A DNA stretch of 64,000 bases from Defluviitaleaceae bacterium (GCA_009779935.1 WRAX01000011.1:539-64538); one strand, 5' to 3'. Shown: positions 37,750 through 48,278, counted from the first letter of the stretch. Translations and numbers: made by a program. Notes: generated from the letters alone by a model not told the origin.

Positions 37750-38901
37750 TTATGAAAAGCTTTCAAACATAGAATATTCCCTTGTCATACCCACATTTAT
37801 TACCAACCCAATCATTGCCATAAAAACCCAAGCCGAACTGCCCCCGCTGGATACAAAAGGCAGGTTCATGCCTGTGTTGGGCAAAATAAAGGCGTTTATC
37901 CCCACATGGGCAAAGGTTTGAAAAGCAATTGCTGCTCCAACGCCTGTTGCCAGCAATTTGCCCAAAAACAGCTGGCTGCGGTGGGCTATCATAAAACAGC
38001 GCATAACAATAACAAAAATTACCGCAAGTACCGCAAGCGAACCTAAAAAGCCCAACTCTGCCCCTATGATGGCAAAAATAAAGTCATTACTAGCTTCGGG
38101 TACACGGGTGCCGCTAAACAGGCCACGCCCTGTTAAAAGGCCGCTGTTAAGAGCATCCAAAGCCCTTTCGTTTTGGTATAATAGTGCAGAGCCCGGCTCG
38201 GGATATAAAAAGGTCATAATACGGTTTATTTGCCATGGCTCAAAAAACTCTCCTAAAATCAGTGGGTTTTCTGCATGCAGTTCTATGAAGAAAAACAAGC
38301 CAAGGGGCAATATTACCGCTGTTGCGATTACAAAGTATTTCCAAGATAATTTGCCTACAAACAGCATGGCAACCATGATAGCCAGCGGCACCATGGATGC
38401 GGACAAGCTGGGCTGGGCAAAAATAAGTGCAACCACAATGGCGGTGCTGGCAACCACAATGCCCACCACCCATAGTTTATTTATCTGATCCCGAAACTTG
38501 TTAATAACAGCTGCCAAAAAAATTACCATAAAAATTTTTGCAAATTCTGACGGTTGTATGCCAAGCATTGTACCCATAACTTCATCTGTGCCGCCAATTT
38601 CTATTCCAATCCATCGGGTTACGCCGCCTCGGTCGGCGGGCAGCAACAAAACCACAACCAAAAACAGAATATTAACACCATAAATTGGCAGGTAAAATTT
38701 GCAAATAGTTTCAAAATTAATAAATGCTGCCACAAACATAATGGCAATGCCCGTAACCACAAAAATAAGTTGGTTTATAAATGTGCCGGACCCTGCACCT
38801 GTGATGGATGCAATCATCAAAAGCCCAAATGCGGACAAAACAACCACCAAGGCAAAAAGCACAATATCAAAACTGCGGGCATCACGTCTTAAACTGTTCA
38901 C
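37750..38901 (-). CDS. rodA: Rod shape-determining protein RodA (FtsW/RodA/SpoVE family)
   Basis: A SEDS polytopic protein with QPSEFAKI and PFVSSGGSS motifs, adjacent to minCDE. Confidence 0.88.
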   Translation of the reverse strand: MNSLRRDARSFDIVLFALVVVLSAFGLLMIASITGAGSGTFINQLIFVVTGIAIMFVAAFINFETICKFYLPIYGVNILFLVVVLLLPADRGGVTRWIGIEIGGTDEVMGTMLGIQPSEFAKIFMVIFLAAVINKFRDQINKLWVVGIVVASTAIVVALIFAQPSLSASMVPLAIMVAMLFVGKLSWKYFVIATAVILPLGLFFFIELHAENPLILGEFFEPWQINRIMTFLYPEPGSALLYQNERALDALNSGLLTGRGLFSGTRVPEASNDFIFAIIGAELGFLGSLAVLAVIFVIVMRCFMIAHRSQLFLGKLLATGVGAAIAFQTFAHVGINAFILPNTGMNLPFVSSGGSSAWVFMAMIGLVINVGMTREYSMFESFS

Positions 38902-39173
38902 GTGGTATCACTCCTTGCTTTCCAGCCTTTTACGGGCACTGTGGCGGTTAGGGTGGGGCCTTCGCCCCCTTTGCTATTTGGCAACCACAGGTCAATCTCC
39001 ATATCATTTTCATCAAAATCCAAATAAGCTGCCATCACTGCCATCATGTCGGATTTTAGCAACTCCAACACTTTGGGGGACCGCTCTAATCTATCTTGAA
39101 AGATAATGGTTTGCAACCTGCTTTTTGCAACCTGCCCGGAACCTTCGGGCGGCGGTTTTGTCGTGTTTATCAC
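38898..39173 (-). CDS. minE: Cell division topological specificity factor MinE
   Basis: SGQVAKSRLQTIIFQDR at the N-terminus; small size; directly downstream of minD. Confidence 0.85.
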   Translation of the reverse strand: MINTTKPPPEGSGQVAKSRLQTIIFQDRLERSPKVLELLKSDMMAVMAAYLDFDENDMEIDLWLPNSKGGEGPTLTATVPVKGWKARSDTT

Positions 39174-39181
39174 TATGCGGC

Positions 39182-39979
39182 CTACCTCCTTTTTCGGAAA
39201 ATGTTTTTAACCTTTTCGCCAAAGCTGAAATTTTCTGATATTGGTAGCATTGGCACATTAACATCCAAAATACGCCGGGCTATATTGGCATATGCCATCC
39301 CTGCGGGAGACTGGGGATTGGCCACGGCAGGCTCGCCCATATTGCCTGCGGCAATTATCGCCTCATCATCAGGCACAACACCAAGCACATTAATAGATAG
39401 AATGTTAGTAATTGCATCCATATCCATCATTTCGCCCTTACGTACCATTTGTGGGCGCACACGGTTGATGATTAGTTGGATGCTCTCAAAATCTTCCGAT
39501 TCCAAAAGCCCTACCACCCTGTCCGCATCCCGCACGCTGTTTACCTCCGGTGTTGCAACCACAATTGCTTTGGCGGCACCCGCTGTGGCATTACGAAAGC
39601 CCTGCTCAATACCTGCGGGACAGTCTATTAATATATAATCATAATCATCTACTAATGAGGAGCAAAGTTTAACCATCTGCTCCGGTGTAACTGCATCTTT
39701 ATCCTTAGTTTGGGGGGCGGCCAGCAGGTAAAGGTTGTCATAACGCTTGTCCTTTACCAGGGCTTGCTTAACACGGCAACGCCCTTCTGCCACCTGCACC
39801 AAATCATAAACAATTTTTTGCTCCAACCCCAAAATTACATCCAAGTTGCGCAGGCCAATATCCATATCAATAAGCACAACGCTTTTGCCAAGTGCGGCAA
39901 GCCCGCTGCCGATATTGGCTGTGGTTGTTGTTTTGCCAACACCGCCCTTGCCGCTGGTTACTACTATAATTTCGCCCAT
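39182..39979 (-). CDS. minD: Septum site-determining ATPase MinD
   Basis: Has the deviant Walker A motif VTSGKGGVGKTT and a C-terminal amphipathic helix. Confidence 0.96.
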   Translation of the reverse strand: MGEIIVVTSGKGGVGKTTTTANIGSGLAALGKSVVLIDMDIGLRNLDVILGLEQKIVYDLVQVAEGRCRVKQALVKDKRYDNLYLLAAPQTKDKDAVTPEQMVKLCSSLVDDYDYILIDCPAGIEQGFRNATAGAAKAIVVATPEVNSVRDADRVVGLLESEDFESIQLIINRVRPQMVRKGEMMDMDAITNILSINVLGVVPDDEAIIAAGNMGEPAVANPQSPAGMAYANIARRILDVNVPMLPISENFSFGEKVKNIFRKRR

Positions 39980-39995
39980 ATTAATTATCCCCCAA

Positions 39996-40658
39996 TTATT
40001 CCGCCATAGATGTTACATGTATTTGCCCGTCTTTTATAAAAGCATAGCCGGGGGCGATTTTGCTTCCGCCCAGCATTTCTTTGGGGAAAAATACCTTTTC
40101 CCCAGCAATGCGCATTATTTGTGTGGGCTGTAAGGATAAAGCGCATATAAATGCACTTTCATCCCCATCACTGCCGGCGTGTACCATGCCCCGCAAAGCC
40201 CCGAAAACCACCACATTGCCGGTTGCGGAAACCTCCGCCCCTGCATTTACATCCCCCAGCACCACAACGGAGCCGTTTTGCACAATGGCTTGTCCATTAC
40301 GCAGGCCGTGCTTGTGAAAATATGTATCCGCAGCGGCTTTTGGCAGCGGCAGCGGCGCAATTTCGGCTTGTATTTCTCCTGTTAAATCCTCCACAAAGGT
40401 GAGGGACAGGTCAGTTTCTTCATCAATAATTTTTAGCAGGGTAATTATTTCTAAATCATCAAGCTTTTTGCCTTTGAATGACAGTGATGTGGCGGCACCG
40501 GAAAAAAACCCCCTGGCATCCCTAATTTTTGAACGCAATGCCGCAGAAATTTCTGCAAAGCTTGCACCTTCGTCAATCAAAATAACGATGCCCTTTCTGC
40601 CGCCCTTAAAAATCACGGCATTATTTTTTCTCATCCCCGCACCGTCCTTATCAAACAT
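39996..40658 (-). CDS. minC: Septum site-determining protein MinC
   Basis: The C-terminal beta-helix repeats (VVLGDVNAGAEVSATGNVVVFGALRGMVHAG) are typical of MinC. Confidence 0.9.
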   Translation of the reverse strand: MFDKDGAGMRKNNAVIFKGGRKGIVILIDEGASFAEISAALRSKIRDARGFFSGAATSLSFKGKKLDDLEIITLLKIIDEETDLSLTFVEDLTGEIQAEIAPLPLPKAAADTYFHKHGLRNGQAIVQNGSVVVLGDVNAGAEVSATGNVVVFGALRGMVHAGSDGDESAFICALSLQPTQIMRIAGEKVFFPKEMLGGSKIAPGYAFIKDGQIHVTSMAE

Positions 40659-40828
40659 TTAGCTTATTATATCCTGCGTTACAAGGTTCGTCAAGGACAT
40701 ATTTTCGCAATGCCTTACAATTATGCTACAAATTAACCAGAGATAGAGCTTTACTTTTGGTTTTATCCTGCTAATACGTGCCATCCGTGGTTTAAGGTTT
40801 TATACTCAAAATCCTATAAAATATGTAA

Positions 40829-40848
40829 AGGGGCGGAAGCCCGCCCCT
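40829..40848. terminator. GC-rich hairpin between the M23 gene and minC
   Basis: AGGGGCGG-aagc-CCGCCCCT flanked by A and T runs. Confidence 0.6.
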
Positions 40849-40852
40849 TTTG

Positions 40853-41929
40853 TTAATTGTTGATGGATAAAATTGCATGGGGGTTAATTATGTCCCCGTT
40901 GTTTTGCACATTAAAGCTTACATGATACCCAAGCCCGCCTGCAAAAATGCTGGGCGTGCCCACACTACCGATGATTTGCCCACGGCTTACCACATCCCCC
41001 ACAGCAACTGCCACATCGCTGGCAAGCTGGCGGTATGTAGTGGTCCAACCATTGCCATGGTCTATCACCACAACTTGTCCAAATTGTTGGGTTTGCTGCA
41101 CCTGTTGTATGCGCCCGTCAGCAGCGGCCCTTACGGGGTCCCCGTTGTTTGCGGCAATTGATAAACTGTCGCTGGTGCGCCACTGGTCCAATGTAGGGTC
41201 AAACACATGCGAATCTACGGAAAAATCCATCACAATGTCCCCGAGAACAGGCCAGTGCATGTCGTCATTGTCCGTAAATGCTGTAAATTGCTGGTCGGCC
41301 GGGTCAAAAACCTGTTGCACATTCCAATCCTCCAAAAAGTCCTGCACGAAGTATTCATCCCAGTTGTCCAGCACCATATCCAGTAAATTTTGCCAGTCGG
41401 TTATGGCTTGGCTTTGCTGGTTAGGGGGCTGGGCGGGCTGCCCTTCCGGTGGCGGCTGGTTTTGCGGCTGGGCTTGTGCTTCCTGCTGGGGTTGTTGCTG
41501 GTTTGGTTCAGCAGGCTGGTCGGGTTGGTTGGCATTCGGCTGGTTCTGCTCTTGTGGCTGTTGGCCGGGCTGGTTTGGTTGCTGGGGCTGGTTGTCTATG
41601 CCCTGCGTACCTTGGTTGGTTGGCTGCCCCTGTTGTGTTGGGCGGCCGTTTTGGTAGGGCAGGGCGGGCTCTGCCGCAACATCTTGCTGGTTTGTTGGGC
41701 GGGGGATTTGTACCGCAGGCCTGTCACCTATACCACTGACGGGCAGGCTTTCCTGTCCATAATCAGTGGAAGCGGTTATGGCAGGGTCATAATTCCCTGT
41801 CAAATCCGGCCGCAGCAGGCTGTTGTAACCAATTGCCACTGCCAACACCAAAAGTCCCGCAAGGCCGCTATACATGGCGATATAGAAGCCTTTCCCTCTC
41901 GCTTTTACATTGTTTGGTTTGTTTGCCAT
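40853..41929 (-). CDS. Membrane-anchored degenerate LytM/M23 domain protein with a long Q/P-rich linker (SpoIVFA-like architecture)
   Basis: An N-terminal TM helix, roughly 90 aa of QPxQ low-complexity sequence, and a C-terminal M23 fold. The zinc-ligand positions are replaced (YRQL for YxHL, GYHVSF for GPHLHF). Confidence 0.75.
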   Translation of the reverse strand: MANKPNNVKARGKGFYIAMYSGLAGLLVLAVAIGYNSLLRPDLTGNYDPAITASTDYGQESLPVSGIGDRPAVQIPRPTNQQDVAAEPALPYQNGRPTQQGQPTNQGTQGIDNQPQQPNQPGQQPQEQNQPNANQPDQPAEPNQQQPQQEAQAQPQNQPPPEGQPAQPPNQQSQAITDWQNLLDMVLDNWDEYFVQDFLEDWNVQQVFDPADQQFTAFTDNDDMHWPVLGDIVMDFSVDSHVFDPTLDQWRTSDSLSIAANNGDPVRAAADGRIQQVQQTQQFGQVVVIDHGNGWTTTYRQLASDVAVAVGDVVSRGQIIGSVGTPSIFAGGLGYHVSFNVQNNGDIINPHAILSINN

Positions 41930-42016
41930 ATCTTGTAAACACCTCCGTGACTTATTATTGCCCTGCCACGGATTTGATTATTCCGAAAAATATAAATTTT
42001 TTTCTCAATTTTGATG

Positions 42017-42183
42017 ATATACTCAAACAACCCCAAAACAGTATCACTAAACTTGTCTTTTTATCCGATTTACTGCGTCCCGAGAACCCGCACATACCTC
42101 TGGGTATGTGCGGAACCTCGCTCCTTGCAATCGAATAAAAATCCTGCGTTTTCTGATACTGTTTTGGGGTTGTTTGAGTATAT
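42017..42183. repeat. 167 bp near-perfect palindrome
   Basis: The 29 bp perfect arms are ATATACTCAAACAACCCCAAAACAGTATC (42017-42045) and its complement (42155-42183). The interior is also largely self-complementary, with central hairpin CCGCACATACC/GGTATGTGCGG. Confidence 0.9.
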
Positions 42184-42445
42184 TTGCAATACACATATTT
42201 AGTTATAAATTATTATTTGATAATTTATAAAAAACTTTTGACATTGCGGGGATGCTGCGGCTCCATTATTACGAAAGCGGCTTTGTACGCTAAACTATAT
42301 TATGCGAACCACACAGCCTCCGTCAATAATCATCTATTCAAGTACAATGTAACGTATATCCAAAACCTTGGCTTGCTATTGAAAGTTATGACGCACATTG
42401 ATAAAGGTTGAAATGACGCTAATAATACTTATTGTGTGTGCCATA

Positions 42446-42958
42446 TTATAATTCCGCTAAAGTTTTTGCAAACTTGATTAACCCAGCAGGATGCTTAGTA
42501 TTGTTTTGATTACGCTCAACATATTCGCAAAACAAACGTATACTCTCTTCACGAAAAAGCCCTATATTCACTTTCGGGAAATGCCATGTTTCGGATGGTC
42601 GTTTTTCAAATGCAATTCTAACAAAGTCTGTAGCTCCATCTTCCGGGGCTTCCAAAGAATAATATATTTTACCAACAAAACTTGATATAGCCATCCCAAG
42701 GCACATGAGGCAAGGTTCAAGGTTTGTATACAATTCTAATTTAGTTCGGACTGAATACGGCAATTTTTGCATGTCTGCATCATAAAGTGCTTTTTGTTCG
42801 GCGTGTACCAGAAATCTTCCATCCTCACGTTCGGTTGTATGTGCAGATGAAACTAGTTTATCGCCATGATAAATAGCGGCGGCAATGGGGAGCTCCCCTT
42901 TACTCATCGATTCCTTTGCCAAACTGATTACAAAAGCCATTTTTTCATTCGGTGTCAT
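42446..42958 (-). CDS. CMP/dCMP-type zinc deaminase (TadA / nucleoside deaminase-like)
   Basis: Contains the VHAEQKA and EPCLMCLGMA zinc-binding motifs. A GAGG RBS precedes the ATG at 42958. Confidence 0.8.
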   Translation of the reverse strand: MTPNEKMAFVISLAKESMSKGELPIAAAIYHGDKLVSSAHTTEREDGRFLVHAEQKALYDADMQKLPYSVRTKLELYTNLEPCLMCLGMAISSFVGKIYYSLEAPEDGATDFVRIAFEKRPSETWHFPKVNIGLFREESIRLFCEYVERNQNNTKHPAGLIKFAKTLAEL

Positions 42959-42972
42959 TTTTACCTCGCTTA

Positions 42973-43128
42973 TATAAATTTTACGCACGCACCACACTCG
43001 TTGTTGTACATAAGTGCGCTCTTTTTGCTTTTCCATTCAGCCAGTAAAGTCATTTTATCACAATTTTATTTTCTGTGACAATGTTGTCCGAACTGCGTTA
43101 TTTCTACCCTGCATAGCACACGTTCTAT
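42973..43128 (-). repeat. Copy c2 of the conserved upstream module
   Basis: Aligns along its length with 43955-44109, sharing AAATAACGCAGTTCG, TTGTGATAAAATGAC, GCACTTATGTAC and GTGCG-AAAATTTATA. Confidence 0.8.
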
Positions 43129-43384
43129 TATTTTAATAACAACCCTATTATATTTGACGGCGCAGGGGAACGGGTTCGTGAAGTCTGGATAAGCGAAGAA
43201 CACACTGTAACGCTTCATACGGGATGGGGCTTCGGTAAACGTACCACTATACACTACTTATCTTCTTCTGTTGGCGTTGCGCCCCCATTTATGTATGGCT
43301 TGGGTGGAAGCGGCACACATCTACATAGAGTTTTGGGAGACGACAGCCTTGTAGAACGTAATGTAAATAACGCCACTATGCTTA

Positions 43385-43927
<543 letters not shown>

Positions 43928-43954
43928 TCATAATACAGTTTGAAAGCGTAAGTT

Positions 43955-44109
43955 TATAAATTTTGCGCACGTACCCATGCTTGCAGTGGTACATAAGTGC
44001 CCCTCTGTTTTTATTATCCAAATAGTATAGTCATTTTATCACAACTTTGGATTGTTGTAGAGAAGTTCACGAACTGCGTTATTTATGCCCTTCACAGCTC
44101 ACGTTGTAG
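43955..44109 (-). repeat. Copy c3 of the conserved upstream module
   Basis: See c2. It has the same length and block order. Confidence 0.8.
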
Positions 44110-44271
44110 CTCGTGGCTTCTTCACTATAAACGTATTAGGTGCTTGGTTTATGCCCATTACCCACAATATTAATGCAGAAGCCTTTATTATGGGCGTAAC
44201 ATGCTTAGGGGCTATTTGTATAATGACATTAAAAAACAAGCTATTGATAGTGGTTTGTTTGGCAACTATTT

Positions 44272-44442
44272 TTACAATCCGCCACGCACTAAAAATAGTA
44301 GTACCAAAATAATCACAATGGACAATAAGGTAAAGGGGCTTATGCGGGGGCGGGTGCTTTTTGTTATCCTGTCTTGCCGCTCTTGCAGGCGGCGGCGCAG
44401 GCGGTCGGCTTGGGATTCACGATATTCAGGCTCTTTTCGCAT
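44272..44442 (-). CDS. Small (56 aa) basic, single-TM protein downstream of dnaB. It is shorter than any ORF listed in the supplied track, so it is absent from that track.
   Basis: A GAGGTGAAAA RBS precedes the ATG. The protein reads MRKEPEYRESQADRLRRRLQERQDRITKSTRPRISPFTLLSIVIILVLLFLVRGGL. Confidence 0.45.
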   Translation of the reverse strand: MRKEPEYRESQADRLRRRLQERQDRITKSTRPRISPFTLLSIVIILVLLFLVRGGL

Positions 44443-44495
44443 TTTTCACCTCGATTGATGATAGTAGGGTGTAGGACAAGCCCCCACCCCAATGT

Positions 44496-45845
44496 CTAGA
44501 ATGGGCTGTATTCATCTGCGTGGTTTACAAAGCGCACATAATTGCCTTGGTAGCCCAGCTCCACTGTGCCTGTGGCACCATTACGCTGTTTTGCCACAAT
44601 AACCTCGGCAATACCCGGCTTTTCCGTTTCCGGGTTATAATATTCGTCACGATAGATAAACATTACCAAATCCGCATCTTGCTCAATCGCTCCGGATTCA
44701 CGTAAATCGGAGAGGATTGGGCGGCGGTCGCTTCTGGATTCGGGCGAGCGGGAAAGTTGGGAAAGGGCGATAACCGGTGCATCCATCTCCCTGGCCAAAG
44801 CTTTTAGGGAGCGGGAAATTTCCGAAATTTCCTGTTGGCGGTTTTCGTTGCGGCCGCCGCCGCTCATTAACTGGATATAGTCCACCACAATCAAATCTAA
44901 ACCATGCTCCAATTTTAATTTGCGGCATTTGCTGCGCATTTGCGCTACGGTTATGCCCGGCGTGTCATCAATATAAATTGGTGCAGATGATAGTATGGGC
45001 AGGGCGTTTACAATGCTATCCCAATCTTCCGTATCCAACTGGCCTGTGCGCAGTTTGCCTGCATCCACCTTAGCTTCAGATGCTATAAAGCGGTTGGCTA
45101 ACGATTCCTTGCTCATTTCCAGCGAAAATATGGCGCAGTGTTTTTTCTCCCGCAGGGCGGCGTTGGATACAATATTAAGGGCAAGGGCGGTTTTGCCCAT
45201 GGATGGGCGGGCGGCAATTAAAATAAAATCGGTGGGGTGGAAACCTGCGGTTTTATAATCCAAATCATCAAAGCCGCTGGCGATGCCTGTTACGGGCTTG
45301 CCGTGCTCTGCTGCTTTTTCGATAACTTCCATGGTTTTCATCAATGCTTCTTGGATATGGGAAAAACCAAGGGAATGTCGCTTTTGCCCAATGGCAAACA
45401 GTGCCGCCTCTGCATCATCCAAAATAATTTCTGTGGGTTTTATGCCTGCAAAGCTGGCCTCGCTGGTGTCGTTTGCCGTATTTATCAGCCGGCGTAAAAT
45501 AGATTTGTCCAGTACAATTTTAATATATTGCTTAATATTGGCGGATGTGGAAACGGCTGCTGCCACAGCGGTAAGGGATTCTGTGCCGCCAACCTTGTCA
45601 AACCTCTCCATTTCCTCCAATTTATTTTTAAGGGTTATTAAATCCACAGGCTGGCCTGTGTTGTGCAAATCCAGCAGGGCTTGGAAGATATAGCGGTAAT
45701 CCAGCCGATAAAAGTCTTCGGGGCGCATAAATTCCGCCCCTTGCACCAAGGCTTCGTTATCAAATAACATGGAACTGATTAAAGCAAGCTCCGCCTGTTC
45801 GTCCCTTGGCATTGCCTTAGTTTGCGCCGCAAATTCGCCTTCCAT
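44496..45845 (-). CDS. dnaB: Replicative DNA helicase (DnaB family)
   Basis: Contains the Walker A motif ARPSMGKTALALN, IVVDYIQLM, and ALSQLSR. Confidence 0.97.
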   Translation of the reverse strand: MEGEFAAQTKAMPRDEQAELALISSMLFDNEALVQGAEFMRPEDFYRLDYRYIFQALLDLHNTGQPVDLITLKNKLEEMERFDKVGGTESLTAVAAAVSTSANIKQYIKIVLDKSILRRLINTANDTSEASFAGIKPTEIILDDAEAALFAIGQKRHSLGFSHIQEALMKTMEVIEKAAEHGKPVTGIASGFDDLDYKTAGFHPTDFILIAARPSMGKTALALNIVSNAALREKKHCAIFSLEMSKESLANRFIASEAKVDAGKLRTGQLDTEDWDSIVNALPILSSAPIYIDDTPGITVAQMRSKCRKLKLEHGLDLIVVDYIQLMSGGGRNENRQQEISEISRSLKALAREMDAPVIALSQLSRSPESRSDRRPILSDLRESGAIEQDADLVMFIYRDEYYNPETEKPGIAEVIVAKQRNGATGTVELGYQGNYVRFVNHADEYSPF

Positions 45846-45860
45846 ATCAACTTCTCCTTG

Positions 45861-47081
45861 CTATTGGTATTGGCTTGGTATTGCAAAAAATGCTTCCGCT
45901 GAGCTTGTTATCCGTTGCCCACCACTGCCATGGAAGCCGGCAGGCACAAGCATAAACTGGGTTGTGCCTGCCCCTGTCTCCTCCGAACCAAAGGTAAAGT
46001 GGGTTCCCGTGGAGAAGCGAAACAAATAATCCGACATAAAATCCTTATATTCTTCAATGGAATATGGTCTGCCGTTGTGGCTGGCATTTTCGTTGGCTAT
46101 TAATGTTGTCCCATCTGCAAAAGCACGGCGCAGGGTGTATAAATTCATAAAGTTACCATTTTCATCGGTTACAAACATGCGCACGGTGGGGTCCAGCATA
46201 ATCCACTGTTGCAATTCGCTTGAAAAGGCATGGGTTACCACATGCACGGGATGGTCATTTTCCGGGGGGTAGCCTGTAATGTGCTTGGCGGGTATACCAT
46301 AAAGCCGTAAAACCTCCGCCAGCAAAACTGCAAGCCCCCGGCAGTTAATGCCGCCCATGGGATTGTTTCTTGTGTAATAAATAATGGACATGGCATCCAT
46401 TTGCCGTGGCATGCCCGAACTGCCGTCATGGGCAAAGTTGTCGCTTACCCAGTCCAGCAGGGCAAGCATTAAATCCACATCATAAAGCCCTGTCGTTATG
46501 GTATCCAGGTCAAACTCCTCAATCAAATCCATATACAAATCCCGCCTGCCAAGGTCATAGGTGAAATTTATAACTGTGCCATCATCAGCAAAGCCCGGGT
46601 ATTGGTTTAATTGCCTAACCCGCTCCTCTAAGGACACAGGCTCCCAAATCATCCTAAAATTACCAATTTGTGGAAAGTCGGAAAGTTTTTCAAAAACGAT
46701 ATAAGATGTTTCGCCAAACTGGGTAAATATCCCCGTCATCTGTGACTTATCTTCTGAAAGGCTCATTATCATTGTTATGCGAAATTCCTCGCTATTCATG
46801 CCCAGCACAATGCGGCCGTCATCCATTTCCCAGTCAACGGGAAAAAATTCCGCCGCAAAAGATGAAAGTGTTACCCCGGTATCTTCATCCACAATATCAA
46901 ATGTGGCCAAACCGCCTAAATTTGGGTGCTCGCCTTGCCAACGCCCTCTAAAATCCAGAAGCGTTACTTCGGTGGCATGGTAGTAAGGGTATTCTGAATA
47001 ATACTCCTCCTCCGCCGCATAACCGCAGGCGGCAAGCAATAACATCAAACCAAAACATAAAAATGCTAAACCTTTTCGCAT
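45861..47081 (-). CDS. Lipoprotein with a transglutaminase-like cysteine protease domain
   Basis: Has the lipobox LLLAACG and the segment INCRGLAVLLAEVLRLYGIPAKH...HVVTHAF (Cys-His core). Confidence 0.65.
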   Translation of the reverse strand: MRKGLAFLCFGLMLLLAACGYAAEEEYYSEYPYYHATEVTLLDFRGRWQGEHPNLGGLATFDIVDEDTGVTLSSFAAEFFPVDWEMDDGRIVLGMNSEEFRITMIMSLSEDKSQMTGIFTQFGETSYIVFEKLSDFPQIGNFRMIWEPVSLEERVRQLNQYPGFADDGTVINFTYDLGRRDLYMDLIEEFDLDTITTGLYDVDLMLALLDWVSDNFAHDGSSGMPRQMDAMSIIYYTRNNPMGGINCRGLAVLLAEVLRLYGIPAKHITGYPPENDHPVHVVTHAFSSELQQWIMLDPTVRMFVTDENGNFMNLYTLRRAFADGTTLIANENASHNGRPYSIEEYKDFMSDYLFRFSTGTHFTFGSEETGAGTTQFMLVPAGFHGSGGQRITSSAEAFFAIPSQYQ

Positions 47082-47082
47082 A

Positions 47083-47829
47083 TTACACCTCGTTAAAACG
47101 AAATAGAAACTCTGTACATTCATGGGCTTTTACAAAGCCCAGCTTTTGGTACATTTGTTTGGGTGTGTCATCCTCGTCCGTTGCCAGGTATATTGTTGTT
47201 GCGCCCGCTTTAACCGCTATGTCTATAATATTTTTAAGGATTGCCGTGCCAAAGCCTTTGCGCTGGTGTTTTTTATCCACAACAAAATCCTCAATTTTTG
47301 CGGTGTGGTTGTGGATAAGCAAATCGCACTTGCCAATTACCTCTCCATTTTCATAACACAAATAAGAATCCACCCCGCCGGGGGCAAGATAAACCTTGCT
47401 GCGCCTTTCCACACGGCGGCGGCAAAAATCTTCACCTAAGTCTGCGCCATCTTCACCTAAATCCAGGTATAGCAAGCCATCCATCATCTCGGCCTTGTCC
47501 ACCTTGCTAATGTGGCAGTTTTTGGCATCAAAAGCTTGGGTGGTGTCGAAAACATAATAGCCCATAACCGATACATCCGGCTTGTGGGTTAGCTCGCCAA
47601 TAATATTGCGGTCAAAAGGTATGTGGAAATGTACCATGCAAAAGTCCGCTTTGCGGGCAATTTCACTGTTTATCAGCCCGGCATCCGCCTTTTTTAGCCA
47701 TGTGTAATTGTGGTAATACATATCAGGGATAAGCCCATCAACAAATCTGATAAAATCGAGTGTTTCCGTGGCTTTGCTGTAGCATTTTACATATGCAATT
47801 TCACAATCTTTAATTTTTTCAGCTATCAT
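47083..47829 (-). CDS. GNAT N-acetyltransferase
   Basis: The [15 protein letters not shown] motif in the C-terminal half. Confidence 0.8.
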   Translation of the reverse strand: MIAEKIKDCEIAYVKCYSKATETLDFIRFVDGLIPDMYYHNYTWLKKADAGLINSEIARKADFCMVHFHIPFDRNIIGELTHKPDVSVMGYYVFDTTQAFDAKNCHISKVDKAEMMDGLLYLDLGEDGADLGEDFCRRRVERRSKVYLAPGGVDSYLCYENGEVIGKCDLLIHNHTAKIEDFVVDKKHQRKGFGTAILKNIIDIAVKAGATTIYLATDEDDTPKQMYQKLGFVKAHECTEFLFRFNEV

Positions 47830-48272
47830 AATGGCACAATTTCCAATTTAATGGTAGCTGCCACATCGGTGTGCAGGCGCACCTCCGCCTTATGCTCCCC
47901 AAGGGTTTTTATGGCATCGGGCAGGGTTATTTTCCTGCGGTCCAAATCAATATTTTCCTGCTCCAAAAGTGCTGTTGCCACCTCTTTATTGGTAACAGAG
48001 CCGAACAATTTGTTGCCGCCCCCGGTTTTTAAGGCCAGCTTGATAGTTTTGCTTTCTAAAAGCTCCTTCATGGCCTTGGCTTGGGACAAATCCAAGGCTT
48101 TTTGGTCGGCTATGCCCTGCAAACGCTTTTCAAGGGCGGCAAGGTTTGCTTTGTTGGCCTCCACCGCCAACTTTTTGGGGAATAAGAAGTTGCGCACATA
48201 TCCGTCGGCACACTCCAGTACCTGGTCTTTTTTGCCAACGCCTTTTACGTCTTGTAATAGTATTACTTTCAC
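47826..48272 (-). CDS. rplI: 50S ribosomal protein L9
   Basis: [36 protein letters not shown]. Confidence 0.97.
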   Translation of the reverse strand: MKVILLQDVKGVGKKDQVLECADGYVRNFLFPKKLAVEANKANLAALEKRLQGIADQKALDLSQAKAMKELLESKTIKLALKTGGGNKLFGSVTNKEVATALLEQENIDLDRRKITLPDAIKTLGEHKAEVRLHTDVAATIKLEIVPL

Positions 48273-48278
48273 AATATA

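Noticed and set aside
41419-41689. This stretch has highly repetitive GC-rich DNA (GGCTGG/GGTTGG periodicity) that could be mistaken for a tandem repeat or CRISPR-like array. Several long plus-strand ORFs lie across it (40947-41657, 41390-41938, 41449-41739).
   Set aside because: It is the Q/P-rich low-complexity linker of the minus-strand M23 gene. There are no spacer-repeat units, and the plus-strand ORFs are antisense artefacts of the biased composition.
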